NCBI GenBank assembly: GCA_025782345.1
Contig: JALGZG010000315.1
Span: 1-48,056, forward strand
Source of the DNA: a bacterium
GTDB taxonomy: Bacteria > Joyebacterota > Joyebacteria > Joyebacterales > Joyebacteraceae
Length of the DNA stretch: 48,056 nucleotides
Direction: 5' to 3'
The notes beneath the pieces were generated by a model. The model ran no database searches, was not told the origin of the DNA, and saw only the letters and a list, made by a program, of their open reading frames with translations. Positions 10,204 to 19,890 of the stretch are shown here, piece after piece. Positions within the stretch are counted from its first letter, which is position 1; every line of letters begins with the position of its first letter. Made by a program: the position numbers and the translations under genes.

Positions 10204-11481
10204 ATGCCTCTTCGCTGGGGCAAGCTCCAGGACACCGGGCGACCCGTTGTCTACAGGACCAGGGCCTACGTCTTCGTTGCCGTCTCGGCGTTCGCCATAC
10301 TCATATTCTTCTACACAAACAGCCTCATCCGTCGCCTGGAGGCGCAGTCGGCCACGTTGTCGCGCTCGATCGCGGGCCTGTGCGCGACCGCGACGTACGA
10401 GGCCCGTGAGAACGAGCCCCTGCGAGTCATCTTCTCCGAGCTTATCGAGGCCATCAACTTCCCGATCGTGATATCCGACGTCCGGGGCATCCCCATAACG
10501 TGGAAGGGTGTTCCGGTCGACCTGGCCCCGGACGACATCACCCACGACGAGTACATCAGTGCCGACCCGTCCAACCTCGAAGGTTCGGTCTTCCAGGAAG
10601 TAGTCGCGTTCTCGGCCGGGCTCGATGAGAAGCACGACCCCATCCCCATGACCCACATCGGTGACGCCACCGTCCTCGGCTACATCCACTACGGAGAGTC
10701 GAGCATGATCCGCGAGATGCGCTACGTCCCGGCTCTCGAGCTTCTGGCGTTCGGAGTGCTGGTGTTCTTGGGCTACCTGGGTTTCCGGAACGCGAAGCTG
10801 GCGGAGCTCCGCTCGATCTGGGTAGGTCTGGCCAAGGAAACGGCCCACCAGCTGGGGACCCCCATATCGTCTCTCATGGGTTGGGTGGAGCTCATCAAGG
10901 AGTCGGCCCGGGGCGGCTGTCCGGCCGAGGAGATGGCCGACATGACCGACGAGATGCAAAGAGACCTCGATAGACTCGAGAAGATATCGCTCCGCTTCAA
11001 TCAGATCGGGTCGATTCCGAAGACGAAGCGTCAGGATATCGTCATAGCTCTCAGGGACGTGGTGGACTACCTGCGTCGCAGACTCCAGGCGCTCAAGAGG
11101 GACGTTACGATCGTCGAGGATTACGGTGACGTGCCGCCCGTCGAGATCAACCGCGAGCTGATGGAATGGGTCGTGGAGAACCTGGTCAAGAACTCGACCG
11201 AGGCTTTGCCTGCCAGCGGCGGGACGATCGAGATATCGACCGAGTACTTCCCAAGGGACGGCTCGATACAGATCCGCGTAACCGACAGCGGGAAGGGGCT
11301 TACGCCCGCGGAACGCAGGCGCATCTTCGTCCCGGGCTACTCGACGAAGCGGAAGGGTTGGGGTCTGGGACTGGCGCTGGCCCGGAGAATAGTGGAGGAG
11401 TACCACAAGGGAAAGCTCGACGTGAGTTGGTCGGAGGTCGGGCGGGGCACGACGTTCGTGATCACACTTCGTACGAACTGA
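10204..11481 (+). CDS. membrane sensor histidine kinase (PorY-like by context)
   Basis: Two TM segments. H-box AHQLGTPISSLMGWVELI and ATPase N/G boxes (VVENLVKNSTEA, DSGKGL, GWGLGLALARR). Lies immediately upstream of the PglZ-type response regulator. Confidence 0.85.
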   Translation: MPLRWGKLQDTGRPVVYRTRAYVFVAVSAFAILIFFYTNSLIRRLEAQSATLSRSIAGLCATATYEARENEPLRVIFSELIEAINFPIVISDVRGIPITWKGVPVDLAPDDITHDEYISADPSNLEGSVFQEVVAFSAGLDEKHDPIPMTHIGDATVLGYIHYGESSMIREMRYVPALELLAFGVLVFLGYLGFRNAKLAELRSIWVGLAKETAHQLGTPISSLMGWVELIKESARGGCPAEEMADMTDEMQRDLDRLEKISLRFNQIGSIPKTKRQDIVIALRDVVDYLRRRLQALKRDVTIVEDYGDVPPVEINRELMEWVVENLVKNSTEALPASGGTIEISTEYFPRDGSIQIRVTDSGKGLTPAERRRIFVPGYSTKRKGWGLGLALARRIVEEYHKGKLDVSWSEVGRGTTFVITLRTN

Positions 11482-11551
11482 GGAACCACACCGCGGCACC
11501 GCGGGGGCAAGAACCCCGGCGCGCGCACTACCTGGAGAGGCGACGACGCAG

Positions 11552-13096
11552 ATGGATGTCTCAGCACGAAGGATCCTGTGGGTCGACGATGAGATAGAGA
11601 TGCTCAAGCCGCACATCATCTTCCTCGAGCAGAAGGGCTTCGAGATAGCTACTGCCACAGGCGGGAGCGAGGCCCTGGACATGCTCCGGGGCGAGCACTA
11701 CGACCTGGTGCTCTTAGACGAGATGATGGTCGGCATCGACGGACTGGAAACACTCGGGTGCATCAAGGAGCTCGATCCCTCCATTCCCGTCGTAATGGTC
11801 ACGAAGAGCGAGGAAGAGGAGCTGATGGACGACGCGCTGGGGCGGCGCATCGACGACTTCCTCATCAAACCGGTCAAGCCGAGTCAGGTCTTCCTCGCGA
11901 TCAAACGCCTTCTGGACGGCAGGAGGATCCAGCAGGATCAGCTGGCGCAGACGTATGCCTCGGAGTTCAACGAGCTCCGCAGCCGGATCATGGACCCGAT
12001 GACGTGGGAGGACTGGATCCAGGTCTACGCCAGGCTGGTCAACTGGGATCTGGAGCTCGACCGGTTCCGGGATCCAGGGTTAAGGCAGACGCACTCCGAT
12101 CTGGAGCAGTCCGCCAACGCCGAGTTCGCCCGCTACGTGACCGACGTCTACCTGGACTGGACAAGCGGAGCTCCGGACAGGCCCATCCTGTCCGTGGACA
12201 TATTCGAGCGCTTCGTGGCTCCCCATCTCAAGGCGAAGAGGAAGACCTACTTCGTCGTTCTCGACTGCATGCGCCTCGACCATTGGATGAGTCTTGTGCC
12301 GAGCCTCGAGCCGTACTTCAACATCGAGAACAGCTACTACTACTCGATCCTGCCCACGGCAACGCCCTACTCGAGGAACTCGCTCTTCAGCGGGCGTTGG
12401 CCGATCGAGTTCTCCGAGCAGTTCCCCGAGCTGTGGGTGACGCACTCCCGTGACCAGTTCAGCAAGAACAGGTTCGAGCGGCAGATGATGGACCGGCAGC
12501 TCAACGACCTCGGCATCTACCTCTCTCGCGACCACAAGTACATCAAGATCTACGAGAAGAACGAGGCGGACAACATCCGGCGCCAGATGTCGACGTTTCA
12601 CGACCTGCCTTTCGTGTCACTGGTTTACAACTTCGTGGACATCCTGTCTCACTCGCGGTCGGAGTCGGAGATCCTGCAGGAGATCGCGCCCGACGAGCCG
12701 GCGTTCCGCTCGCTCGTGCGTTCGTGGTTCAATCACTCCGCCCTCTACGACATCATGAGGGAGATGGCCCGCCAGGGAGCGACTGGAGCGGTGCTGGGGA
12801 AGCGCGCCGCACTCATCAGGGGCAACCGCGACACGTCCACGAACCTCCGGTACAAGTTCGGCAGCAATCTCGGGTGCGACGAGAAGGAGACCTTCCTCAT
12901 TAGGGACCCCGCCGCGTACAAGCTGCCGAGCGACGGTCCGAGCAAGCAGTACGCCATCGCCAAGGAGGACTACTACTTCGTCTACCCGACTGAGTTCCAC
13001 AAGTACGAACGCCAGTATCGGGGCAGCTTCCAGCACGGGGGCATCTCGCTGGAGGAGATGATCCTGCCCTGTGCCACCATGGTCCCAAAACGCTAG
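11552..13096 (+). CDS. response regulator with C-terminal PglZ / alkaline-phosphatase-superfamily domain (PorX-like)
   Basis: The receiver domain has the PorX-type N-terminus (RILWVDDEIEMLKPHIIFLEQKGF, DLVLLDEMM, VMVTKSEEEELMDDALGRRIDDFLIKPV). It is followed by about 380 aa of PglZ-like sequence (YFVVLDCMRLDHW, VDILSHSRS). Confidence 0.8.
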   Translation: MDVSARRILWVDDEIEMLKPHIIFLEQKGFEIATATGGSEALDMLRGEHYDLVLLDEMMVGIDGLETLGCIKELDPSIPVVMVTKSEEEELMDDALGRRIDDFLIKPVKPSQVFLAIKRLLDGRRIQQDQLAQTYASEFNELRSRIMDPMTWEDWIQVYARLVNWDLELDRFRDPGLRQTHSDLEQSANAEFARYVTDVYLDWTSGAPDRPILSVDIFERFVAPHLKAKRKTYFVVLDCMRLDHWMSLVPSLEPYFNIENSYYYSILPTATPYSRNSLFSGRWPIEFSEQFPELWVTHSRDQFSKNRFERQMMDRQLNDLGIYLSRDHKYIKIYEKNEADNIRRQMSTFHDLPFVSLVYNFVDILSHSRSESEILQEIAPDEPAFRSLVRSWFNHSALYDIMREMARQGATGAVLGKRAALIRGNRDTSTNLRYKFGSNLGCDEKETFLIRDPAAYKLPSDGPSKQYAIAKEDYYFVYPTEFHKYERQYRGSFQHGGISLEEMILPCATMVPKR

Positions 13097-13110
13097 CTTA
13101 AGGCCCCGAC

Positions 13111-13584
13111 GTGACTGACACCTTCCGCTTCCGGACAGCATCACCCGAGCAGACCAGGGCGTTCGGGCGGGCGCTGGGTGTGGCGCTCTCTCGGGGCGGG
13201 TTCGTCGGTTTCGAGGGGCAGCTCGGCAGCGGCAAGACAGTAGCCATTCAGGGTGCCGCGGAGGGCTTGGGGTACGACGGCTACGTCACCAGTCCCACAT
13301 TCGTCATAGTGAACGAATACGTTGGACGCGTGCCGATACTTCACGTCGACCTCTACCGCATCACTGACGCCCGCGAGCTCGAGGACATCGGTTACAGGGA
13401 GATCTTCTTCGTTGACGGCGTCGCCCTGGTCGAGTGGGCCGACCGGGTGCCGGAGCTTCTTCCGCCGGACCGCCTGCGCGTTGTCATAGACATCGAGGGG
13501 CCGGACGGTCGCGCGTTCACGGTGAGCGCGTTCGGGGACGGTGGGGAGAGGTTGCTTACGCGACTCAGGGAGTCCTGGTCCTAG
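13111..13584 (+). CDS. tsaE: tRNA t6A37 biosynthesis ATPase TsaE
   Basis: 157 aa. P-loop FEGQLGSGKT, then SPTFVIVNEY and HVDLYR motifs. Followed by tsaB and rimI. Confidence 0.85.
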   Translation: MTDTFRFRTASPEQTRAFGRALGVALSRGGFVGFEGQLGSGKTVAIQGAAEGLGYDGYVTSPTFVIVNEYVGRVPILHVDLYRITDARELEDIGYREIFFVDGVALVEWADRVPELLPPDRLRVVIDIEGPDGRAFTVSAFGDGGERLLTRLRESWS

Positions 13585-13596
13585 GAGCGAGGGCGG

Positions 13597-14265
13597 ATGT
13601 TGATTCTGACGATCGAGACGTCGACACCGATGGAGCGGGTGGCAGTTGTCAGGGACGGGTCGGTTCTGGCGGAGCTTACGGAGACCGTGGGGAGGGGCCA
13701 CACCGAGAAACTGCTCGGCGTGGTCGAGGAGGTTCTGTCAGGTTCGTCCGTCCGACTCCGCGACCTCGACGTGATCGCAGTGTCGATCGGGCCCGGGAGA
13801 TTCAGCGGGCTCCGCGTCGGGCTCGCGACCGCCAAGGGGCTCGCGACCGCCTCGGGTCTGCCCGTGGCGCCCGTCGAGTCCCTGGTGGCACTTGCCGAGA
13901 GCGCCAGGCCGTACGGAGGGCTCGTCTGCCCGATGCTGGATGCGAGAAGGGGAGAGGTCTACGCCGCTCTCTTCCGTCTGGGCGACGGCCGGGAGCGGAT
14001 GCTCCAGGACGTCGCGGTCGCCCCCGCCGCGATGATCGAGCGCGTGCAGGCGGCGGCGGGCGGGGAGTCGGTTCTCTTCCTCGGCAGTGGTGTTGCGGCG
14101 TGCGCGGACGAGCTCTCGGCGTCCCTCGGCGATCGTGCGCGCTTCCCGGACGTCGAGGTGTCCACGGCCACACCCCTCGCGATGGCGGCCATTGTCGAAG
14201 AACTGGGGCCGCCCGACCCCGCGGAGGCTGCGACGCTCGAGCCCGTCTATCTCAGAGGGATCTAG
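13597..14265 (+). CDS. tsaB: tRNA t6A37 biosynthesis protein TsaB
   Basis: 222 aa; ILTIETST start and IAVSIGPGRFSGLRVGLATAKGLA motif of the YeaZ/TsaB family. Confidence 0.85.
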   Translation: MLILTIETSTPMERVAVVRDGSVLAELTETVGRGHTEKLLGVVEEVLSGSSVRLRDLDVIAVSIGPGRFSGLRVGLATAKGLATASGLPVAPVESLVALAESARPYGGLVCPMLDARRGEVYAALFRLGDGRERMLQDVAVAPAAMIERVQAAAGGESVLFLGSGVAACADELSASLGDRARFPDVEVSTATPLAMAAIVEELGPPDPAEAATLEPVYLRGI

Positions 14266-14293
14266 GGCGCCATCGGCCAGGGAGCTGTTTCAG

Positions 14294-14767
14294 ATGGACG
14301 GGACGCCCGTTCACATCAGACCCATGAGGACCTCAGACCTGGACCGAGTGTGCGCGATCGAGGAAGAGATCTTCCCGATGCCATGGTCGCGGAGCTCGTT
14401 TGAGGCCGAGCTCGCCGCCGACAGGTGCGCGTTTCCCTGGGTTGCCGAGAAGGAGGGTGACGTCGTCGCCTACCTGGTCTCGTGGCTCATCGAGGACGAA
14501 CTGCACGTCGGCAACATCGCCGTCGCGCCGTCGCTGCAGGGAGAAGGCGTCGGGCGGGCGCTCTTCGCGCACTGCCTTGGCGCTGCCTTCGAGCGCGGCG
14601 TGACGCGGGCAACGCTCGAGGTTCGCGTCGGCAACGCGCGCGCCATCGCTCTCTATGAGGACCACGGGTTCATACCCGTCGCCCTGCGCAAGGGGTACTA
14701 CTCGGACACTGGTGAGGACGCGCTCGTCATGCTCAAGACGATTCCGTCCCGGGATGAGGGGAATTGA
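14294..14767 (+). CDS. rimI: ribosomal-protein-alanine N-acetyltransferase (GNAT)
   Basis: ATG 14294 gives MDGTPVHIRPMRTSDLDRVCAIEEEIFPMPWS. GNAT acetyl-CoA loop VAPSLQGEGVGRAL. Canonical tsaE-tsaB-rimI order. Confidence 0.8.
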   Translation: MDGTPVHIRPMRTSDLDRVCAIEEEIFPMPWSRSSFEAELAADRCAFPWVAEKEGDVVAYLVSWLIEDELHVGNIAVAPSLQGEGVGRALFAHCLGAAFERGVTRATLEVRVGNARAIALYEDHGFIPVALRKGYYSDTGEDALVMLKTIPSRDEGN

Positions 14768-15576
14768 CACATCCGCGTGACACGTGCTCCGCTGCCGTCT
14801 CCGCCGCCATGAAACTGCTCCTCGATCGCGGCCTCGAGCGACCGGAAGTGGCCGTCGTTCTGGGGTCCGGGCTCTCCTCGTTCGTGGACGGGCTCGGCGA
14901 CGCGCTTGTCGTGCCGTACACGGACATCCCCGGATTCCCTCGCACGGCCGTCAGTGGACATCGCGGCGCGGTAGTCGGCTGCACCCTCGGGGGAAAGCGC
15001 ACGCTCGTGTTCTCGGGGAGGGTCCATCACTACGAGGGGTGTTCTCCTGATGACGTGACGTTCTCAGTTCTTCTCGCGGCCGAGCTGGGAGCGGGAGTGT
15101 TCGTGGTGACCAACGCGTCCGGCGGGATTGACCCCGGCTTCGATGTGGGAGACCTCATGCTCATCAGCGACCAGATCGCGGCTGTGTCGGGCGCAAGGAG
15201 ATTGCCGCAGGGCACGTTCCGAATGGCCGGTGCCTACTCCGAACGTCTCAGGGCTTTGGCCCGGCGGGCCGCGGCCGATCGGAAGATCGTGCTTCGCGAG
15301 GGCGTCTACATGGGCTCTCTCGGGCCGACGTACGAGACCCCGGCCGAGATACGGATGGCCAGGTTGATGGGGGCCAGTGCGGTGGGGATGTCGACCGTAT
15401 CGGAGGTGCAGGCGGCTCACTCGAGGGGGCTGGATGTCCTGGGGATAGCGCTCCTGACGAACGTCCCGCTGCCTGGGCGCTTCCACGGGACCACCCACGA
15501 GGAGGTTCTCGAGGCCGGCAGGCTCGGGGCGGGCGCGCTCGTTTCCCTCGTATCGAACACCCTCGAGAGGCTATAA
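14764..15576 (+). CDS. purine nucleoside phosphorylase (trimeric PNP family)
   Basis: 270 aa; motifs VVLGSGL, GFPRTAVSGHRG, FSGRVHHYEG, GPTYETPAEIRMARLMGASAVGMSTVSE. Confidence 0.85.
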   Translation: MTHPRDTCSAAVSAAMKLLLDRGLERPEVAVVLGSGLSSFVDGLGDALVVPYTDIPGFPRTAVSGHRGAVVGCTLGGKRTLVFSGRVHHYEGCSPDDVTFSVLLAAELGAGVFVVTNASGGIDPGFDVGDLMLISDQIAAVSGARRLPQGTFRMAGAYSERLRALARRAAADRKIVLREGVYMGSLGPTYETPAEIRMARLMGASAVGMSTVSEVQAAHSRGLDVLGIALLTNVPLPGRFHGTTHEEVLEAGRLGAGALVSLVSNTLERL

Positions 15577-15673
15577 TGATAGCGGAGCAAATGTCCTGCG
15601 GGGTCGCTGTCGCGACAAGGGCGACCGGCAAGGGGCGAACCGCACTCCGATTGGCTGAGAAGGAGCATCCACC

Positions 15674-16545
15674 ATGGACCAGGTATCCTGGCTGAAGCGG
15701 CGCAAGCCCGGGATCAAGGACGCCAAGAGGCGCGAGATGCCGGACGGCCTGTGGCGCAAGTGCGAGGGCTGCGGCGAGATCATCTACCACAAGGAACTCG
15801 AGCGGAACCTCTGGACCTGCAACAAGTGCGGGTACCACTTCCGGATCTCGGCCGACCAGTACCGCAACTCCTGACCGCCATCGAGTCGAAGGACCCCCTG
15901 GGGTTCGTGGACTCCAAGAGCTACACCGAGCGCATCGCCAACGCCAAGAAGAAGACGGGCCGCAGATCGGCCGTCATGACGGGAAGCGCCCGGGTCGGCG
16001 GGCACCTCACGATGTTGGCCATTCTCGACTTCAGATTCTTGGGCGGGAGCATGGGCTCCGTCATGGGTGAGAAGATCGCGCGCCTGACCAGAATGGCCAT
16101 CGAGGAGCGCATACCGCTCGTGACGTTGTCGAGCTCGGGCGGGGCCAGGATGCAGGAGGGTATCCTCTCGCTGATGCAGATGGCGAAGACGAGCGCGATG
16201 CTGGCGAAGCTGCACGAGGAGCGTCTGCCGCACATCGCGATCCAGGTGCATCCGACGACGGGCGGCGTCACGGCGAGCTTCGCGTCGCTGGGAGACGTGA
16301 TCGTCGCTGAGCCCGGCGCGCTCATCGGCTTCGCGGGTCCCAGGGTCATCCAGCAGACGATCAAGCAGGACCTCCCGGACGGATTTCAGCGGTCCGAGTT
16401 CCTGCTCAAGCACGGGATGATCGATATGATCGTTCATCGCAAGGAGTTGAAGAGCGCCCTCGCGAAGCTCCTGGATTTCTTCTCGGACGACGACCGCGAT
16501 TCGGCGGAGGACGCGCTTGGTCAGGCAAGAAAGCAAGGCCTCTGA
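15674..16545 (+). pseudogene. accD: acetyl-CoA carboxylase carboxyltransferase beta subunit, frame-disrupted as assembled
   Basis: Frame 2 (15674..15874) gives the Zn-ribbon N-terminus (CEGCGEIIY...CNKCGYHFRISADQYRN) and then a stop. Frame 1 continues LLTAIESKDPLGFVDSKSYTERI...FLGGSMGSVMGEKI...SGGARMQEG to 16545. The join is at about 15866..15872. The conserved DEGSF-type segment normally found between these pieces is absent. Confidence 0.85.
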
Positions 16546-17769
16546 GTCATACAGGGCGTGCCTCGACTGGCTGTTCGCCCGCCACAGGTTCACGATGAAG
16601 CCCGGCGCTGGGGGCCGTCGGTTCGCCGCACGAGCAGTTCAGAGTCGTCCACGTGGGCGGCACCAACGGTAAGGGTTCCACTTCCTGCATGATAGCCTCC
16701 GTCCTGCGCGAGCACGATATCAGGGCGGGACTCTACACTTCACCACACGTCGTCGATTTCACCGAACGAATCCTGGTGGGCAGTGAACCCATCCGCCCGG
16801 AACGGGTCGTGGAGCTCGTCGACAGGCTCAAACCCGCCGCGGAGGAGATGGAGGCGACCTTCTTCGAGATCGCAACCACCGTGGCCGCGCTCCACTTCGC
16901 CGAGGAGGGCGTCGACACCGCGGTGGCAGAGGTGGGGCTCGGCGGGGGGCTGGATGCGACCAACGCGCTCGATTCCGTGCTGTCCGTTATCACCGGGATC
17001 GCGGTCGACCACTCCGAGATACTCGGAAGCGATATCGCGGCGATCGCGTCGGAGAAAGCGGGCATCATACGCGAGTCGGGAGCCGTTGTGACGGGCGCCG
17101 CCGGCGACGCCCTCGACGTCATCCGCGGAGTCGCCGCGGCAAGAAAGGCGCGATTCGTCTCCGTGCTTGAGGAGGCCCCGATCGACGCGATCTCGATCTC
17201 CTCGAACGGGAGCGTGTTCAACCTGGAGTACGATGGCGCGTCGTACGAGGCGTTGTCCGTCGCAATGCTCGGGCGGCATCAGGTCGACAACGCCCACGTG
17301 GCCGTCGTGGCCTTGCACGAGCTGGACACGCTCGGTGTCTTCTCGCTCTCGGAGGGCCTGCTGCGACGTGGCCTCTCCGAAGTGTGCTGCATGGGGCGCA
17401 TGCAGGTCATCGACCAGCGCCCGACGATCGTGGCCGACGTCGCGCACAATCCCGACGCGGCGGAAGCGCTCCTGTCGTCTCTGCCGGACGTCTTCGACTA
17501 CGACCGGCTCATTGCCGTCGTGGGCATAATGGGCGACAAGGACGTGCGTGGGTTTCTCTCGACCGGCCAGCGAGCGGGCCGCCGATCTCGAGACCCTGAG
17601 CTCCGTCGCCGAGGAACTCGATCTTCCTCATCGTGTCGTCCCCACCGCGGGGGCTGCGCTCAAGAGCGCGCTCTCGGACGCCCGCGAAGGAGACCTTGTC
17701 TTGGTCACCGGTTCCCACTACACTGTTGGCGATATCCTGACCAGTCTGGGCGTCGGGCAGGCACTGTAG
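16517..17769 (+). pseudogene. folC: folylpolyglutamate synthase / dihydrofolate synthase, two frame breaks as assembled
   Basis: Three pieces:
- Frame 2 from about TTG 16517: [20 protein letters not shown].
- Frame 0: [26 protein letters not shown]...[11 protein letters not shown]...DVAHNPDAA...[13 protein letters not shown].
- Frame 1, track ORF 17548..17769: [13 protein letters not shown]...[15 protein letters not shown].
Breaks are near 16600..16610 and 17555..17562. In the track, the middle piece is artificially fused to the next gene (16653..18290). Confidence 0.8.
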
Positions 17770-17804
17770 CCGGGCACTCCAAGCCGCGTAGGGCCTTAGG
17801 AGGC

Positions 17805-18933
17805 ATGATGGCCAGTGTTAGCATGAGGGGAGTAACGAAGGTCTTCGACGGCAAGGTCGTCGCGGTCAACGATGTCAGCCTCGAGGTGGAAGACAGGGAG
17901 TTCGTCGTGCTCGTGGGGCCGTCCGGGTGCGGGAAGTCCACTCTGCTCAGGATGGTGGCGGGGCTGGAGGAGGTGACCGACGGGGAGATCCTGATAGACA
18001 ACCGGCTCGTCAACGATGTCCCACCCAAGGACCGCGACATAGCAATGGTCTTCCAGAACTACGCGCTGTATCCGCACATGTCTGTCTACGACAACATGGC
18101 GTTCGGTCTGAGGCTCAGGAAATACTCGAAGGACGAGATCGACGCCCGCGTGCGAGAGGCCGCCGACATCCTCGACATCTCACATCTCAGCGCTGCTGGA
18201 CCGTCGACCCAAGGCGCTCTCGGGCGGACAGCGCCAGAGAGTCGCGGTGGGCCGGGCCATCGTGAGGAAGCCCAAGGTTTTCCTCTTTGACGAGCCGCTG
18301 TCGAACCTCGATGCCAAGCTGAGGGTCCAGACCCGAACACAGATCAGCAAGCTGCACGAGAGGCTCGAGGCGACCATCATCTACGTGACACACGACCAGG
18401 TCGAGGCTATGACGATGGGTAGCCGCATCGTCGTCATGAAGGACGGCATCGCACAGCAGGTTGCTGACCCCCTGACGATCTACCGCAATCCCATCAACGA
18501 GTTCGTCGCGGGTTTCATCGGCAGCCCGGCGATGAACCTCGTCGGCGCCAGCATCGAGAAAGAAGATGGGAAACTGATGGCCGTATCCGCCGCGTTCAAG
18601 GCGGAGATCCCTGAGCAAGCGGCCGGACTCCTCGCCGACTACGGCGGTCGGGACATCGTGCTGGGCATTCGCCCCGAGGACATCTACGAGGCCGTGGATG
18701 CCGGCAGGTTGAAATCCTCGGCCCCGATGCGCGCCCACCTGGATGTCATCGAGCCGATGGGGAACGAGATATTTCTCTACTTCGCCGTCGGCGGGAAGGA
18801 CCTCGTTGCCCGCATCGACGTCCGGACGCCTCCTTCGGTGAACACCGATGTCGACCTCGTGCTCGACACGGACAGCCTGCACTTCTTCGACAAGGAAACC
18901 GGCGAGTCCCTGCTTTACGGCAGGGAGGGCTAG
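17805..18933 (+). pseudogene. sugar-type ABC transporter ATP-binding protein (MalK/UgpC/MsmK family), frame-disrupted as assembled
   Basis: TAGGAGG at 17797..17803, then ATGATG at 17805. Walker [10 protein letters not shown] and Q-loop FQNYALYPH in frame 0 up to ...ILDISHL. The signature and Walker B ([40 protein letters not shown]) and the C-terminal regulatory domain are in frame 1 (track ORF 18247..18933). Break at about 18186..18195. Confidence 0.85.
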
Positions 18934-18939
18934 GCCGGC

Positions 18940-19890
18940 GTGAGGGCTTATCTGGGCATTGACATAGGCGGCACAAACATCAAGGCCGCGCTCGTGTCAA
19001 AGGAGGGTGGCCTTGTCGCCTTCCTGAGTTTGCCCTGGTCGGGAGGTGCGGCCGGCGACGCCGTCGATGTCGTCTCCAGATTGACGCAAAACCTCACCAG
19101 CGCGAACGAGGACCACGAGGTCGTTGCCTGCGGCGTGGGGTCGGCGGGGCTCGTCGACACCTGCGCCGGAGTGGTCCGCCTTTCTCCGAATCTTCCCGAG
19201 TGGTACGACGTCGAACTCCGGTGGATGGTCGCGGAGGCGCTGGGGCTTCCGACCCGCATCGAGAACGACGCCAACGCTGCGGCATACGGCGAGTACCTGG
19301 CCGGCGCGGCACGCGGCGCAACCAACGCTGTCGTTCTCACTGTAGGCACCGGCATTGGAGGCGGCCTCATCCTGAACGGCAACCTCTACAGAGGCGGCGG
19401 ATTCGCGGGTGAGGTCGGCCACATGACGATAGAACGCGACGGGGATCCGTGTCCGTGCGGCAACGCGGGCTGTCTCGAGCGGCTGGCCAACGCCGAGGCC
19501 GTGGTGCGGAGCGTCGGCAGGCTCTTAGATGAGGGACGGGAGTCCGTCCTCATCATGACGGGAGCCGCGACGGTCCTGACCGCGAAGGAGGTCGGTCGTG
19601 CCGCAGCCGCGGGCGACGCAGTCGCGACGGAAGCCCTGGAACAGGTGGGGCGAGCGCTGGGCGCCGGTCTGGCGAACCTGGTCCTCACCCTCGACCCCGA
19701 CGTGATAGTGATAGGCGGCGGAGTGGCGGCCGCCGGCGAGCCGCTCCTGGCGCCGACGCGCGCCGAGATGGCCCGACGCTGCTACGGTAGCAGCGTATCG
19801 CTGCCCCGGGTGGTCCCGGCCGAACTCGGCAATACCGCCGGGGTCGTCGGCGCGGCCCTCTTGGCCCGCGACGAGTTCCCGCCCGTGTGA
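18940..19890 (+). CDS. ROK-family glucokinase
   Basis: 316 aa; ATP-binding start LGIDIGGTNIK, ROK signature, and zinc motif GHMTIERDGDPCPCGNAGCLE. Confidence 0.85.
   Translation: MRAYLGIDIGGTNIKAALVSKEGGLVAFLSLPWSGGAAGDAVDVVSRLTQNLTSANEDHEVVACGVGSAGLVDTCAGVVRLSPNLPEWYDVELRWMVAEALGLPTRIENDANAAAYGEYLAGAARGATNAVVLTVGTGIGGGLILNGNLYRGGGFAGEVGHMTIERDGDPCPCGNAGCLERLANAEAVVRSVGRLLDEGRESVLIMTGAATVLTAKEVGRAAAAGDAVATEALEQVGRALGAGLANLVLTLDPDVIVIGGGVAAAGEPLLAPTRAEMARRCYGSSVSLPRVVPAELGNTAGVVGAALLARDEFPPV

Noticed and set aside
8013-10235. 740-aa minus-strand ORF, the longest of several very long antisense ORFs. Others: 35953..37962, 39225..41318, 10090..11682, 6515..7705, 3441..4739, 20937..21920.
   Set aside because: Each lies exactly antisense to a + strand gene with unmistakable family motifs (serS, TPR lipoprotein, glmS, kinase, epimerase, GT, lptD). 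Their translations are Arg/Pro/Gly/His-rich with no motifs. Long stop-free antisense frames are expected at this G+C content.
16653-18290. 545-aa track ORF that looks like a FolC-ABC ATPase fusion protein.
   Set aside because: The middle about 80 residues ([19 protein letters not shown]...) are out-of-frame nonsense linking the folC core to the ATPase start (its own RBS is TAGGAGG at 17797). The true folC C-terminus is in another frame (17548..17769). This is an artefact of two frame breaks, not a fusion.
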